Shown here piece by piece: positions 1 to 13,100 of a stretch of DNA of 64,000 nt (the stretch's first letter is position 1; the number at the start of each line of letters is the position of its first letter). The position numbers and the translations under genes are program-made. This DNA is from Takakia lepidozioides (taxonomy: Eukaryota; Plantae; Bryophyta). Under the pieces are notes generated by a model. That model did not search any database. It worked only from the letters and a program-made list of their open reading frames with translations, and was not told the origin of the DNA. The stretch is taken from positions 26,474,001 to 26,538,000 of the forward strand of contig CM060734.1 in the NCBI GenBank assembly GCA_030704615.1, in the 5' to 3' direction.

Positions 1-1870
1 AAGGATAGCTACAATAAACCTGCATGGGTAGATGGTCAACTGGAAGCCGCAACAACATCGGACGATTGATAAAATCAGGCACAGCTCATGAAGGCACCTT
101 CTTCAACATGTTTCACCCTGTTTTTCCCTCTTACCAGAATCGGCCCTAAATGTTGAATTTTGCAAGTTAGCTGGTTGAATGAACCTTAAATAGTTTGGAG
201 TGACTTGGACATGATACTGCCAATGTGACAACATGATAAGTATCCAGAAACAGGTAACAGAGACGAGGAGAAGCTGTGGAATGAATACTTTTCTGACCCC
301 GTCAACAGTGGGACAATCGAGCAAAAAGGTGAATGCCTGTTGGATTACAAAGAGTAGCAGATGCAATTGAGCATAGGAACTAGAGTGAGAAGTTGAGTTG
401 GGTGTTTCCTAGAACAGATGTAGGCTGTCATTGTCAGCTGCTAGCAGCAAGGGAATGATGTATGCATGATTTGTGCAGAGGCATGGATAGCTGAAGGAGC
501 AGGGATAGAGTGTGGGTCCAGATTCATCCAAGAGGGCCGCATTTCAAGCTCCACATTACCTACGATTCCTTGTGGAAGGAAAGCTACAAGACCTGCATGG
601 GTAGATGGTCAACTGGAAGCCACAGCAGCGGCGGCGCCACACTTGATAAATCAGACACTGCTAATGATGGCACCTTCTTCAACATATTTCACCCTATTTT
701 TTCCTCTTATCAAGGACAATGTGGTGAGGGCACCTTCTTCTTCGACCTATTTCAGCCTGTTTTGCCCTCTCATCAGACTCGGCCCTGAGATGCATATTGA
801 ATTCTGTAAGTTAGCTCGTTGGGTGGATCTGTGGTGGTTTGGGGTGACTTTGACAAGTAGGGTTGGGTTGTTTGCTGGAAGAACTTCACGCCGTCAGTGT
901 CAGCTGCTAGCAGCAAGGCTGAGGATGTATTCATGATTGTACACAGGCAGGGATAGCTGAAGGACCAGGGATAGAGGTCCAGATTCATCCAAGAGGGCCG
1001 GATTTCAAACAAGTTTAGGGTCTGATTCCCTGTGGATCAGTAGCTACAAGTGGGTAGATGGTCGACTGGAAACAGCAGTGGCAGCAGCACAATTGGTAGA
1101 ACAAGGCACTACTAATGAAGGTACATTCTTCAACACATCTCCCCCTGTTTTTCCCTGCTATCAGAGTCGTCCCTACATTTTCATGTTGAATTCTACAAGT
1201 TAGCTCGTTGGTGGATCTATGGTGGGAGAGTTAGCTTGGTCTTAGCAGGCCATGATTCAATCTCTGCCTGTTTTGCCGCAGCAGCATCGGCACAATTGAT
1301 AAAATCAGGCACTGCTCTTCTTCTTACCTTTGGTGGTCGGGTCCTTCACGAACACCACGTGCCCTTTCTCATTGGCAGCCTCACTGGGCTGCGAAGGCAC
1401 CTTCTTCAACACATTTCACCCTGTTTTTCCCTCTTATCAGAATCGGCCCTAAATTTTCATGTTGAATTCTGCAAGTTAGTTGGTTGAGTGAACCTTAAAT
1501 AGTTTGGAGTGACTTTGACATGATACTGCCAATGTGACAACAGGAAAGTATCCAGAAACAGGTAACAGAGATGATGAGAAGTTGTGGAATGAGTACTTTT
1601 CTGACCCCAGTCAATGTTGGGACAACCGAGGCAAAAAGGTGAATGCCTGTATAATTACAGAGAGTAGCAGACGCAATTCAGCATAGGAATGAGTGTGATA
1701 AGCTGAGTTGGGTGTTTCCTAGAACAAATGTAGGCTGACATTGTCAGCTGCTAGCAGCAAGGCAACGTTGAATGCATGATTTGTGCAGAGCCATGGATAG
1801 CTGAAGGAGCAGGGATAGAGCGTGGATCCATATTCATCCAAGAGGGCCAGATTTACCTTGCACAAGATTA
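1..1870. repeat. Mosaic low-copy repeat blocks, recurring at 7790-8075, 9580-9720, 10560-11323 and inverted at about 13250-13450
   Basis: Blocks such as aggatagctacaa-acctgcatgggtagatggtcaactggaagcc and gttgaattctgcaagttagctggttgagtgaa recur many times in shuffled order. Confidence 0.8.
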
Positions 1871-1884
1871 CCTATGATTCTCTG

Positions 1885-2350
1885 TGGATCAATACCTGGG
1901 AGTGCCATGATTGCAAGTTATGGGCGACATGGGGATTGGATCTATGAGCAAATGTTGCAGGAAGGGGTGAAGCCCAACCACATCACATTCGTTTGCATTT
2001 GTGCAAATGCATGTACAAGCCTGGCAGCCCTGCAAAATGGCAAGAGGTCTATGGTGACATCATCAAAGCTGGAATTGTACCAGATGTCATTTGGAAGGAA
2101 GGAGGCAGTTCAGCAGCTCTTATGTCTCTCTCTTGCAATGCATGTGCAAGCTTGGCATACGTGGGAAAAGGAAAAGAGCTCCATGGTGACATCGTCAAAG
2201 TTGGAATCATTCCACATGTCATTTTGAACTGATGAAAATGTGTGCCAAACATGGGAGCATTGAGGATGCAAAGGGGTGTTTGAGAATATGGCTAACGAGA
2301 TGATGGGGTGTTATGGAACTCGATGATTGCAGGATATGCCTCTCATGGGT
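1885..2350 (+). pseudogene. PLS-class PPR gene fragments
   Basis: YEQMLQEGVKPNHITFVCICANACTSLAAL and GKELHGDIVKVGIIPHVIL, with frameshifts. Confidence 0.85.
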
Positions 2351-3399
2351 GAAAAGCTAAATGGATTCTAAAGTCTTGGCATGGTTGGAGCTCGAGTCGT
2401 CATCCCATATGACAAATGCGTATAGTCAGGTAGGCCTAACAATATTGCTAAGCATGGTCCTTTTGACTTCAGTTTTCTAATCCCTTTATAGTGGACTAAT
2501 TTTGTTTGTCTAACTGTCTGTGGGTGAGACACAGGTAGCTGCTGTGAGAGCAGAGTCTGGTTATAGTTCTAAGTCCATGTACGCTAGGGAGTTCCAGGCA
2601 GGGACACAACAGGTTGATACAGTTAATTCCCATGTCACAGACGGTGATTTCCTTCTCAAAATGTAGCAAGAAGCATGTCCTCTGAAGGAGACTTCTCTTT
2701 TTTATGTGTGGAGGTTTGTATGGAAGTTCTGAATCATGCAAAATGGTAGGGTTGAATCATAGTTTGTTGGACTTCAGACTGGTGGAAGGGGGTATCATTT
2801 TTAACATTAAACATGCATGCCAAATGTGGGAGCATAACATATGCTCATATGTTGACCTGCAGTATGCCTAAACAGATGTGGTCTTGGAGGAACACTCATA
2901 TGCTCGTTGTGGGTGTATACAGAAGTATGTTGAGGCCAAATATCGGAAGGGTGATTCTAAACATGTTTTCGTCATATGTCTTTTGAATGCAGATTGTGCC
3001 AGCCTAGGAAAGAGGTGAAGACATCATGCAAGCTAGGGTTGCATTATGTATAATCTGGAGAATAGCAAGTTAGGTGCAGAACCATATGCGACAGCATGGT
3101 CGTTACGGACTCATGAGTTTGTGCAAAGTATGGGACGGTTTTGAGGTATTGTCTTAATACAATGTCACGTGTTCTTTATCATGTTTATTTCTTTTCGTGC
3201 TTTGATGGGATGTCCTGTATGTTCTCCAGTCTCAATCACATCCGCAATGGGATGATCAGTGGCTGTTGGGGATTGTGTTGTGTTGTTATTCGGAGACAGT
3301 AGAAATAGTATTGCACTTGCACGTGTATGAACCACAAGCCGCAGCCCCCAAGTCACTGCAACCACTAGGAGTGCCTGTTTCCCAACCCACAGTCGATGT

Positions 3400-3873
3400 A
3401 TATCACTAGTGAAGGAGTGCATTTCAAACCCCAGTTGCATCTATCACTTAAACACTCTAGTTGTCGACTCCACTTGCAAGTCGTAAAGGCAACCAGCAAA
3501 CAACTTATTGTGCCACGCGGTGTGGCCTCAAGCCTGCACGTGGCCACATCTATGATAGAGAACACGTGGCATTTTGTCGCATAGCCACGTGGCTGTATTT
3601 CCAGCGTCGTCGCGGGTCAAAAGTCCACTTGGTCAAGGTCCAAGATTCAGTCAACGCCGCGCACGACGCTGCCATGTGGCCCCCCTACAAAAATTAAGCA
3701 GCAGTCGGCGGAATGACTGACCAAAACCACTCCGACCATGTCATGACTGAAACGACTGGGCTGTCCGAAGATACTAGTGTGTTGGCACTTCGAGTTGCCC
3801 AGTCGTTTTTGGTCTGCAAAGACTCACTTTGCTGTCGTTTCGCCAGTCGTTAAATCAACGATTCCTTGTAGTG
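3400..3873. mobile_element. CACTA-type terminus with subterminal repeats
   Basis: Ends ...attccttgtagtg at 3873 (reverse complement CACTACAAGGAAT), preceded by cagtcg/cgactg and ccacgtgg repeats. Left boundary is approximate. Confidence 0.6.
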
Positions 3874-4545
3874 CTTGCTTCCAGGTAAGTCTGAAAGGTG
3901 GCTTCATCACAGCGTGGGGATTCCAGAGAGAAGACTCCAGGCCCGGGCTTGTTTGTTGGCTTCGCGAGTGAGGATGGTTAGTAAATTACGTATTGGTCGG
4001 GATTTAGGTGGGCTTGGAATTGGGTGTATTAGCCAGAATGGGTGGGTATGTGCGATGTGAATGGGGTCGTCCGTGGGATCTTCTGGGGGTTTGGAAGCGC
4101 CTTCCTGACTGAGGAGCTCGGCTTCTTCATTGCTGCGTATACCGGTATGCGAGCGTACTTTGATAAAGTGGACGGGGTGGTCTATGGAGATGGCAAGTTT
4201 TACAATGGTTGTTATGAGGTTTCGGTCTGGGTGGTGATGGTGGAAGGAGGGGTGTGAGAGGTGGTTTCGGATAAGTAAAAGCAAGGTAAGGCTGTCTGCG
4301 AAAATATAGTGTAGGGGAGAGAGTGCGGTAAGCTGAGAAAGTGTTTTGGAAATGGCCATGAGCTTGGTACGAAGTATGGTGGCAGGGCCGAAAAGTCTAA
4401 GGGCAGTTCTTTGTTTAGTAGCGGCATCGTAAACACCATAGCCATCTCTAGATCCGGTGAAAGAGCCGTCAATATAATGTGAGTTAGACAGGGGGGATTT
4501 GGGGGCATAATCTTCTGGCATAGTGGGGGGGCACGGGGTGGTATC
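3874..4545 (-). mobile_element. Non-LTR retrotransposon RNase H fragment (Dualen/RandI-like)
   Basis: ORF 3907-4695 contains YIDGS, FADS and FIKVRSHTGIRSNEEAE, a cellular-type RNase HI motif set. Confidence 0.7.
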
Positions 4546-6515
4546 AAGGGGGGGGGGGGGGGGGGGGGGGGAGGGAGGGGGCGCGGTAGCGCCCTTACCC
4601 AGGCCTTCCCTGGGGAATGGACCAAGTGTCGGGCTATGGGAGATAGTGGTGGGGGGAATGCCTCTACGTGAGCATGTAAGCGCAGCCAGGCTCACGCCAC
4701 GTCAGCAGTTCGTGCCATGTTGGTTCTCGCCAACGTCGTTCACGCCATGTCATTCTCATAGGCACTGACCTATAACCGCGGACAGAACGGCGTGAAGGGG
4801 CCCTATAGCCGCGGACTTGAGCATTCGGCACATAGGGAACCATATTTGGGCGATGAGAAGTGCAGAACAAAGGGTTCGAATGAATGTTGCTGAATGATTG
4901 TGTTTGAGACCGAATATAGAAGAATAGTTGTGGATGAATCAATGTGGATGACACGCTCAGAATATGGATGAATATGGATGAAATCTTGCGGATGAATGAT
5001 AATGGAAAATGTGTGACATTCGCCCCAATAAAAAAATGCAAACCCAAGATTGAACCTGTTGTTGTTTTCATATTTAAGAACGGAGAAAAAAACAAGAAAA
5101 CCGATATTTGAATTTTGATAAACCAAGAAGTATGTGTCCAATGGCAACAACATTATGAAGTTTGCATTTCAATGAGGTGAGGATAAATGGTGGCCTTCAT
5201 GCCATGTGAACGTACAAGTAGTTGGTCGAGACGGGCCGAGAAGGTTGACGGTATAGAGATGCGGGAGGTGTGTTGAACATGCAATAACAGGGTTAGGGTT
5301 GGTTCCACGTGCTCTAGGTATTTGGGAAAAGGGGGGGGGGGGTTTTCTTCGTAGTGTGAAAAGAAGGGGCATAAATCCCCTTCTAGTAAACTTCTAAACT
5401 ATTCATTGCCCAAAGAGACTCAGACTGCCCTATGACACACACCATAGGTAATTACTTTACATTGTTCAGGATCCCTTTCCTTCTACACCATGCCAACTGT
5501 GTTGCTCTTATGAAACACACTAAAACCCTAGAGTGCATCAAATTTAGACTCACTGCTGGTACAAAAACCATAAGAGCAGAAATATCATGATACATTCTAT
5601 GATTCCAAGGCTACTGCACCTCCCCTCAATCAGCATTCCAAGAGACAGATACATCATCTCCCATTCTCTCTACACATCTCTGGTCAGACGTTCGACAAAA
5701 CTTCATTCCATTTTTCAAAACATTTCTCTCATCTCTGGTACTTGAGAGCTCTCTAATTCCTAGAACCAGTCCATCATAAGTAGAAGAAGAAGAAGCATAT
5801 CGCACTTAGCTGATTTATACCCCTTTCAGGCGGTGGAGATCCAAATGCCAGGTTAAACCCCCCCCCCACATCCTCTGTCAGATACCTCATAATGCTGGCC
5901 GTCGCCGCCCTCACTAGCACATTCTCAGGATAGGATACATTAAGCCAAGGTGCGTGAATCCTTCACCGCCCCCCAGCAGCACTCATCCCTCAGTGATCCA
6001 GATTTCACCAATCATCAGCACCTTGATGTCACCGCAGCTCCTGGCAGCACAATCATAACTCTGCCGTCGCTACCCTCACTGGCGCTAGCTTCCCAAAACA
6101 AGGAGTATGCACACATATCCTTTCACCACCGCGGCGAGCTTATCCTCCAGTAAGCCCAAGTCACAAATCATCAAAGCCATGATGACACCGCTCTCTCCTT
6201 TGGCAGCAGCACAAATCACCAAGTTGCCTTCCTAACTATCTCTTATCTTCTTACATTACTGCTAATCAACTCAAGCCGTAGGACAAAATCAAGAGGTCGA
6301 TAGAGTAGATTCAGAAACCCACAGCTCCCCGCTCTGCCCATTCCTTTGCCCGCAACATCAGCCTTGATTCCCCACCATTCGCCTCCCCATCATTCTAGGT
6401 TATCGTCATCAGCGAATGATATATGTTTCCACGAATGAAAAACACACACGATTTCATCAGTCAAGTAAAAACACTTGAAAATTTTTCCATTGGATAGATA
6501 ATGCTTCCAATGCAT

Positions 6516-6820
6516 CACTACAAGAGGAATTGGTTTTTGGGTGGTCACACTTTGCACAATCCATGGATCATATGACACATGTGTGCACTAGAAAAAAGTG
6601 TGGCACAACCGGACCCGATGTGTCACACCTGTGTGGCTTAAGTCACACTAGAATAGTCAACGGTATGAACCTAGGGTTGACCCCTAGATATATTTTCCGA
6701 GTTGGCACCCTGATTACGGAAAAAACAATGCCGCAGGGCATGCCCTGATTCGTCCAAGTTCTGAAATATCTGACTCAGCGTCTTACTCGCAAAAGGGGAT
6801 GCGTGACATGAGCGTCCTAA
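6516..6820 (+). mobile_element. CACTA-type terminus
   Basis: cactacaagaggaattggtttttg at 6516, followed by gtcacac/gtgtg subterminal repeats. Confidence 0.5.
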
Positions 6821-8099
6821 GACAATGACAGTGACAATGACAATGACAGCTCATTCCTGATGAGAGTGCCGCCATCCGGGGGTTTGGCGTCGCTTGTGTC
6901 TCCTGCTACTCCAGCTTTTCTTGCAAACTCAGCCTTTCTGTTGCACCCTCATGATGGGAGGACCTTGTGGAGGAAGTGAAAGATTTCGTTGTTAATGTTA
7001 CGGCTCATGATGGTTTCTTATTCACCTTAAATTTAGAATGACTACCCTTAATCAGACTTTGAAGGAATCTTCGACAGCGTGTGGAAGTTCGCATTGCAGG
7101 CAGGAAGAGGTCACATAAAGTACTTGGAGGACGAGAATCTAACCTTGAAAGAGCGCATGTTCTTGTTGCACAAAGCGCTTAATGAGCTGCAAAAAAGCGC
7201 AGATGGAGGCGGTGCACGGCGCTCACATTTTCGAAATGGATTCAAGCCTAACGTTTGTGTTGCACAACACCTTGTTCAACGTCAGAAAAGACTCACCTTG
7301 CTCCTGGTCAGTTTAAGAGACCCAATCTAACTCTCCAGACTGCAAATTACATAAGCTGGGTTAGCATCTATGTAAGTCTGGACATGTTCGTTGTTCATCA
7401 TCGTGTGTAGAGCCCAATGGAGCCCAAAAAAACTTGCATGAATGTGTTGATGAAAAGATCACTAGCAACCCTCAGACCTCGTCAAAATGTTGATGTTGTC
7501 GGATTTTCGAGCACAAACCTCGGAGCAGACCTCGGAGCACGGAGCAGACCTGGCATGAGTTTTTTTAAAGCTCCTTCACGACGGTGGGACAACAAACGCG
7601 AGTACGAAGCAGACCTGACATGAGTTTTATAAAGATCCTTCACGATGGAGGGACAACCGCAATCGCAAGGTGTGGATTTTTTCTAATGTACGAGGTGAAG
7701 AAAGTTCGTCCCTCCTGCAAAATGTGGGCTCTTAGCTCCTGTTGTTAGTACCATGATTTGGTATTCTTCTGATGTTTACAAGGTTCTTGGGAGATTCAGC
7801 TTGGTCTTAGCAGGCCGTGTTTCAATCTCTGCCCGATCAGCTGCACCGTGGTGGTTCTCACAGACCAATCCGACATTACCTGACTACAGACACAAGCAGC
7901 ACACACAAGAGGTCATCTTGGGTTCATGGTCAGTCAAATGCTCAATGGGCCATGACACAAGGTCGAGAACAATGTGGTGAGGGCACCTTCTTCTTCAACC
8001 TATTTCAGCCTGTTTTTCCCTCTCATCAGACTTGGCCCTGACATGCATATTGAATTCTGTAAGTTAGCTCGTTGGCTTCTGAAAGAGGATCAAGAGAAG

Positions 8100-10420
8100 A
8101 AGTCCATAAATGCTCTTCTGGCTCTTTCTGGACATGTGAAGATGCTTTGTGAGGCAGGGAGACTGAAAGAGGCTCTACAGACTTCAACCAAAGAGCATTT
8201 CAGCAGATTCAGATATGTATGTATGTCTCTTGCTTAAGTGCATCAAGATGAAAGGTCTGGAAGGAAGCTGGAAAGCAGGTGCACACCCACATTATCCAAA
8301 GTGGATTCATGCCAAGTGTTTTTCTCCTCAACACCCTTGTCAACATGTATGTTAAGTGCGGGAGCATCATGCATGCTCACCAAGTGTTCAACGGAATGCC
8401 TCGACGATCTTTGATCACGTGGAATACAATGTTGGCAGGATTTACCAAGCATGGGTGTGGTAGGAATGCTTTGGAGACATATGAGCAAATGTTGCGCGAA
8501 GGGGTGAAGCCCAACCACATCACATTTGTTTGTGTTTGCAATGTGTGTGCAAGCCTGGGAGCCTGGAAAAGAGGAAAGAGGTCCATGGCGACATCTTCAG
8601 AGCTGGAATTGTACCAATGCCATTCTGAACAATACCCTGGTGGACATGTATGCAAAATGTGGGTGCATGGAGGATGCAAAGGGAGTGTTCAACACTATGG
8701 CTGAACGAGATGTGGTGTCGTGAAGTGTGGTGCTTGCAGGGTATGCACAGCAGGGACGTGGGATGGAGACTTTGGAGACCTATGATCAAATGATGGGGGA
8801 AGGGGTGAAGCCTGGCCACATCATGTTTGTGTGCATTTGCAATGCTTGTGCAAGCCTGGCAGCCCTGGACAAGGGCAAAGAGGTGCATGGGGATATCATC
8901 AAAGCTGAATTGTACCAAATGTCATTCTGAACACTGCCCTGGCAACTCTGGAAAAGGGGAAAGGTCCATGGCGACATCTTCAGAGCTGGAATTGTACCAA
9001 ATGTCATTCTGAACAATACCCTGGTGGACATGTATGCAAAATGTGGGTGCATGGAGGATGCAAAGGGAGTGTTCAACACTATGGCTGAACGAGATGTGGT
9101 GTCGTGGAGTGCGATGCTTGCAGGGTATGCACAGCAGGGACGCGGATGGAGGCTTTGGAGACCTATGATCAAATGATGGGGGAAGGGGTGAAGCCTGGCC
9201 ACATCATGTTTGTGTGCATTTGCAATGCTTGTGCAAGCCTGGCAGCCCTGGACAAGGGCAAAGAGGTACATGGGGATATCATCAAAGGTGGAATTGTACC
9301 AAACGTCATTATGAACATTGCCCTAGCAGCTCTGGAAAAGGGGAAAGAGGTCCATGGCGACATCTTCAGAGCTGGAATTGTACCAAATGTCATTCTGAAC
9401 AATACCCTCGGCATGTATGCAAAATGTGGGTGCATCGAGGATGCGAAGAGAGTGTTCAACACTATGGCTGAGTGAGATGTGGTGTCGTGGAGTGCGATGC
9501 TTGTAGGGTATGCACATCAGGGACGTGGGATGGAGGCTTTGGAGACCTATGATCAAATGATGGGGGAAGGGGTGAAGCCCGGCCTGTTTTTCAGCCTGTT
9601 TTCCCTCTTATCAGAGTCGTCCCTAATTTTTCATGTTGAATTGTGCAAGTTAGCTGGTTAAGTGAATCTAATTTGGAGTGACTTTGACATGATACTGCCA
9701 ATGTGACAACAGGAAAGTGTCCAAAAATGAGATGTGGTGTGTGGGAGTGCCATGATTGCAAGGTATGTGCAGCATGCAGGGTGTGGGATTAAGGCTTTGG
9801 AAACCTAAGAGCAAATGATGTGGGAAAGGATGAAGCCAGACCAGGTCATGTTCGTTTGTAATATGCATATGCGAGCCTAGCAGCCCTGGGAAGGGGCCAA
9901 GAGGTTCATGGTGATTGCATCATCAAAGCTGGAATTGTACCTGATGTCATTCTGAACATCCCCTGGTGTACATGTATTTCAAATGTGAGCCTGGTAGCCC
10001 TGGAAAGGACGCAAATGTCCATGGTGACATCGTCAAAGCTGGAATTGTACCACTAGATGTCTCTAAACACTGCCTTGGTGGATATGTATGTCAAATGCAA
10101 GCCTGGCAGCCCTGGAAAATGGTGCAAAGGTCCATGGTGATATCGTCAAAGCCGGTATTGTATCTGATGTGATTCTGAACGTTGTCGTAGTGGGCATGTA
10201 TGCCAAGTTTGGGTACAACTACAAGGATACAAATGGCATGTTTGATAATATGGCTGAATGAGATGTGGTATCAGCCTAGCCCATAATTGCACTTAACTAG
10301 AGTAGGCAATGAGTGAAGACGGGGTTCGTGGTGACATCATCCAAGCTGGAATTGAACTGATGTCGTTCTGAACTATGCCCTTGTGGACTTGTATGCCAAA
10401 TGTGGGTGCATGGAGGAGGA
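8100..10420 (+). pseudogene. PLS-class pentatricopeptide repeat pseudogene
   Basis: LCEAGRLKEAL; HTHIIQSGFMPSVFLLNTLVNMYVKCGS; ITWNTMLAGF; repeated LVDMYAKCGCMEDAKGVFNTMAERDVVSW. Many frameshifts and stops; no E/DYW tail seen. Confidence 0.93.
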
Positions 10421-11323
10421 TGATGATCCCAAAGGACCTCACAGGTGTGATGGATCCCAAGGGCAGTTTGTGACGAGCACAGAGGTGTGTGTGCTCACAG
10501 GTGTGTGATCCCAAGGGCACCTAGAGCTACTCTAGGTGTGATGATCCCAAGTCATCTGGCAGCAGACACAAGAGGTCCTTTGGGGTTGATGGTCGGTCAA
10601 ATCCTCCATGGGTCATGACACAAGGTCAAGGACAATGTGGTGAGGGCACCTTCTTCTTCAACCTATTTCTGCCTGTTTTACCCTCTCATCAGACTCGGCC
10701 TGAGATGCATATTGAATTCTATAAGTTAGCTTGTTGGGTGGATCTGCGGTGGTTAGGAGCGACTTTGACAAGTTACTGCCGATGTGGGAACAGGAAAGTA
10801 TCCAAAAACAGATAACATAGATGAGGAGAAGCTCGTTGGTGGATCTATGGTGGTTTTGGAGTGATTTTGACATGTTACTGTAGGTAGGGTTTGGGGTGTT
10901 TGCTGGAAGAACTTCACGCCGTCAGTGTCAGCGGCTTCGGCTGCTAGCAGCAAGGCTGAGGATGTATTCACGATTTGTACGCAGGCATGGATAGCTGAAG
11001 GAACAGGGATAGAGTGTGGGTCCAGATTCATCCAAGAGGGCCGGATTTCAAGCTCCAGATTACCTATGATTCCCTGTGGAAGGATAGCTACAAGAAACCT
11101 GCATGGGTAGATGGTCAACTGGAAGCCACAACAGCAACGGCACAATTGATAAAATCAGGCACTGCTAATCAAGGCACCTTCTTCAACACATTTCACCCTG
11201 TTTTTCGGCCCTAAATTTTCATGTTGAATTCTGCAAGTTAGCTGGTTGAGTGAATCTTTGATAGTTTGGAGTGACTTTGACATGATACTGCCAATGTGAC
11301 AACATGAAAGTATCCAGAAACAG

Positions 11324-13100
11324 CTACAACACAAACTGGTTTTTGCCACGGCCTAATTCACACAATTTGGTGTGAAAACAGCCAGGGGTCACACCCTCAG
11401 CAAGTGTGTAAACAGACGTGAAGATTCGGACACCTGTTGCAAACGGTGGCTCTGTGGAAACGACCATGCCACACTTTATCACAAGCTGACATGGACAATG
11501 GTGGCCGTGGCTGGCCACCTGGGCATGCCATCGTGTCATGCCACCTGGACATGCGCACAGGGCACGCCACCTGGACATTGCCACGCGCCACGTGGAGGAG
11601 AGGGCACGTGGCAGCCCTGGATCGCTCCTGCCACGCGACATGGAATAATGATGCAGCGACATGTGGCATTTTGAACATGGCGTAGGGGGTACGTGGAATA
11701 ATAGGGGGATGACACGTGGATTTTTGGACATGGTTGTGGGGGCCACGTGGAATAATTTGGGGGGGACACGTGGATTATGGAAAACTAGGGGGTACACATG
11801 GATTATGGAAAACCAGGGGGGCCACGTGGAGTGAGGATGCAATGACACCTGCGAGGAGGTGGTTGTGGCCACATGACGCCAGTGTGGGTGATTCCACATG
11901 TGGGTGGGAAAATTCACAGATTTTGGGAGTCTAGGGTGAGGGACTAATCACACTCTGACTGTGCTTCTGCATGTCAAACTCACATGCTTGTGACATTGTG
12001 TACACTACTGGAAATGTAGTGCTGCTCATATGAACATACTGCAATTCTAAAAATCCATACATACGTACATACTACACATACTACACAAAATCAGTATACA
12101 GACCCTGCACACGAACAGAAGTAACAGCATGACAAAGACATGCATAATTGCGCATAGATCTACTTGCTACCAAACGGTTTCCAAATGACGCTTCATTGAA
12201 ATGTTTATATTAAACCCAATGACAATTCGAACTCCAAATGTTGACCAGCTTAAAGCCTCCTTTCAAACCCCTCCTGGTGCCTTGTTAAAACTTGTCTGAC
12301 AGTCTTTGTTGAAGAGCACTACAAGTCATACTTAACAACAATCATTTAAGCATGCTGCCTCTTCAACACCCCTCATCTTTCAAGTCTTACAGTGATCATG
12401 ATTTTATATTACTTGACAAACATCCTACAATCGAAACATTTGCATGGCACACCTGCGTTTCAGGCAGTCCTCCCAGGTACCCGTTGGAATACATTCAACG
12501 GGTGAACGGATGGTTGCCCATCCACATCATTTTTGTTTGCTTCCAAACTTTGCCAGTACGTTCGAGACACCCTCTCACAGGTCCCGGACTAATATGAGAT
12601 CAATCGAAATTCATCGATGGCTCAACGGATGGTTGGCCATCGAAAAATTTTGGTTCGCTTTGAGACTTGGCCACTATGTTCAATGTACCATGTAAGAGCC
12701 CCAGAGTAATATGAGATCATCGAAATTCGTTCAATGGCCAACGGATGGTGTATATCCAAATGATTTTTCATTCGCTTTGAGACTTGGCCAGTGTGTTTTC
12801 TCTGATACCTCCCAGTGTAATATGAGATCAATCAAAATTCGTTCGATGGGCCAATGAGGCGTTCACTTGTCATCTGGTTTTTGTTCAATTCGAAAAAGAA
12901 ATCCTGCAATGCGTGCACGACTATTGCACCCATTGAACGGATGTGGTTGAAGCCCCTCTTTTGCCCCCATGCGCTTGAACATGTGTGCAACACGTGTGCG
13001 GAGACACAACAGACGAATAAATCATTTGCCTCCCCATCGACGCGCTCACCCCTCAAGCCATTCCAGAATTTAATCGAATTTAAATTAATTTTAAACCAAT
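11324..13100 (+). mobile_element. Non-autonomous CACTA-like remnant
   Basis: Begins ctacaacacaaactggtttttg (clipped CACTAC), then ccacgtgg/ccatg subterminal repeats. 12900-13090 is similar to 48050-48250, which lies upstream of the CACTA transposase. Confidence 0.55.
12490..12855. repeat. About 120-bp tandem repeat (3 units); inverted copy at about 49790-50110
   Basis: aacggatgg...ttcgctttgagacttggcca...aatatgagatca.cgaaattc is repeated. Confidence 0.7.
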
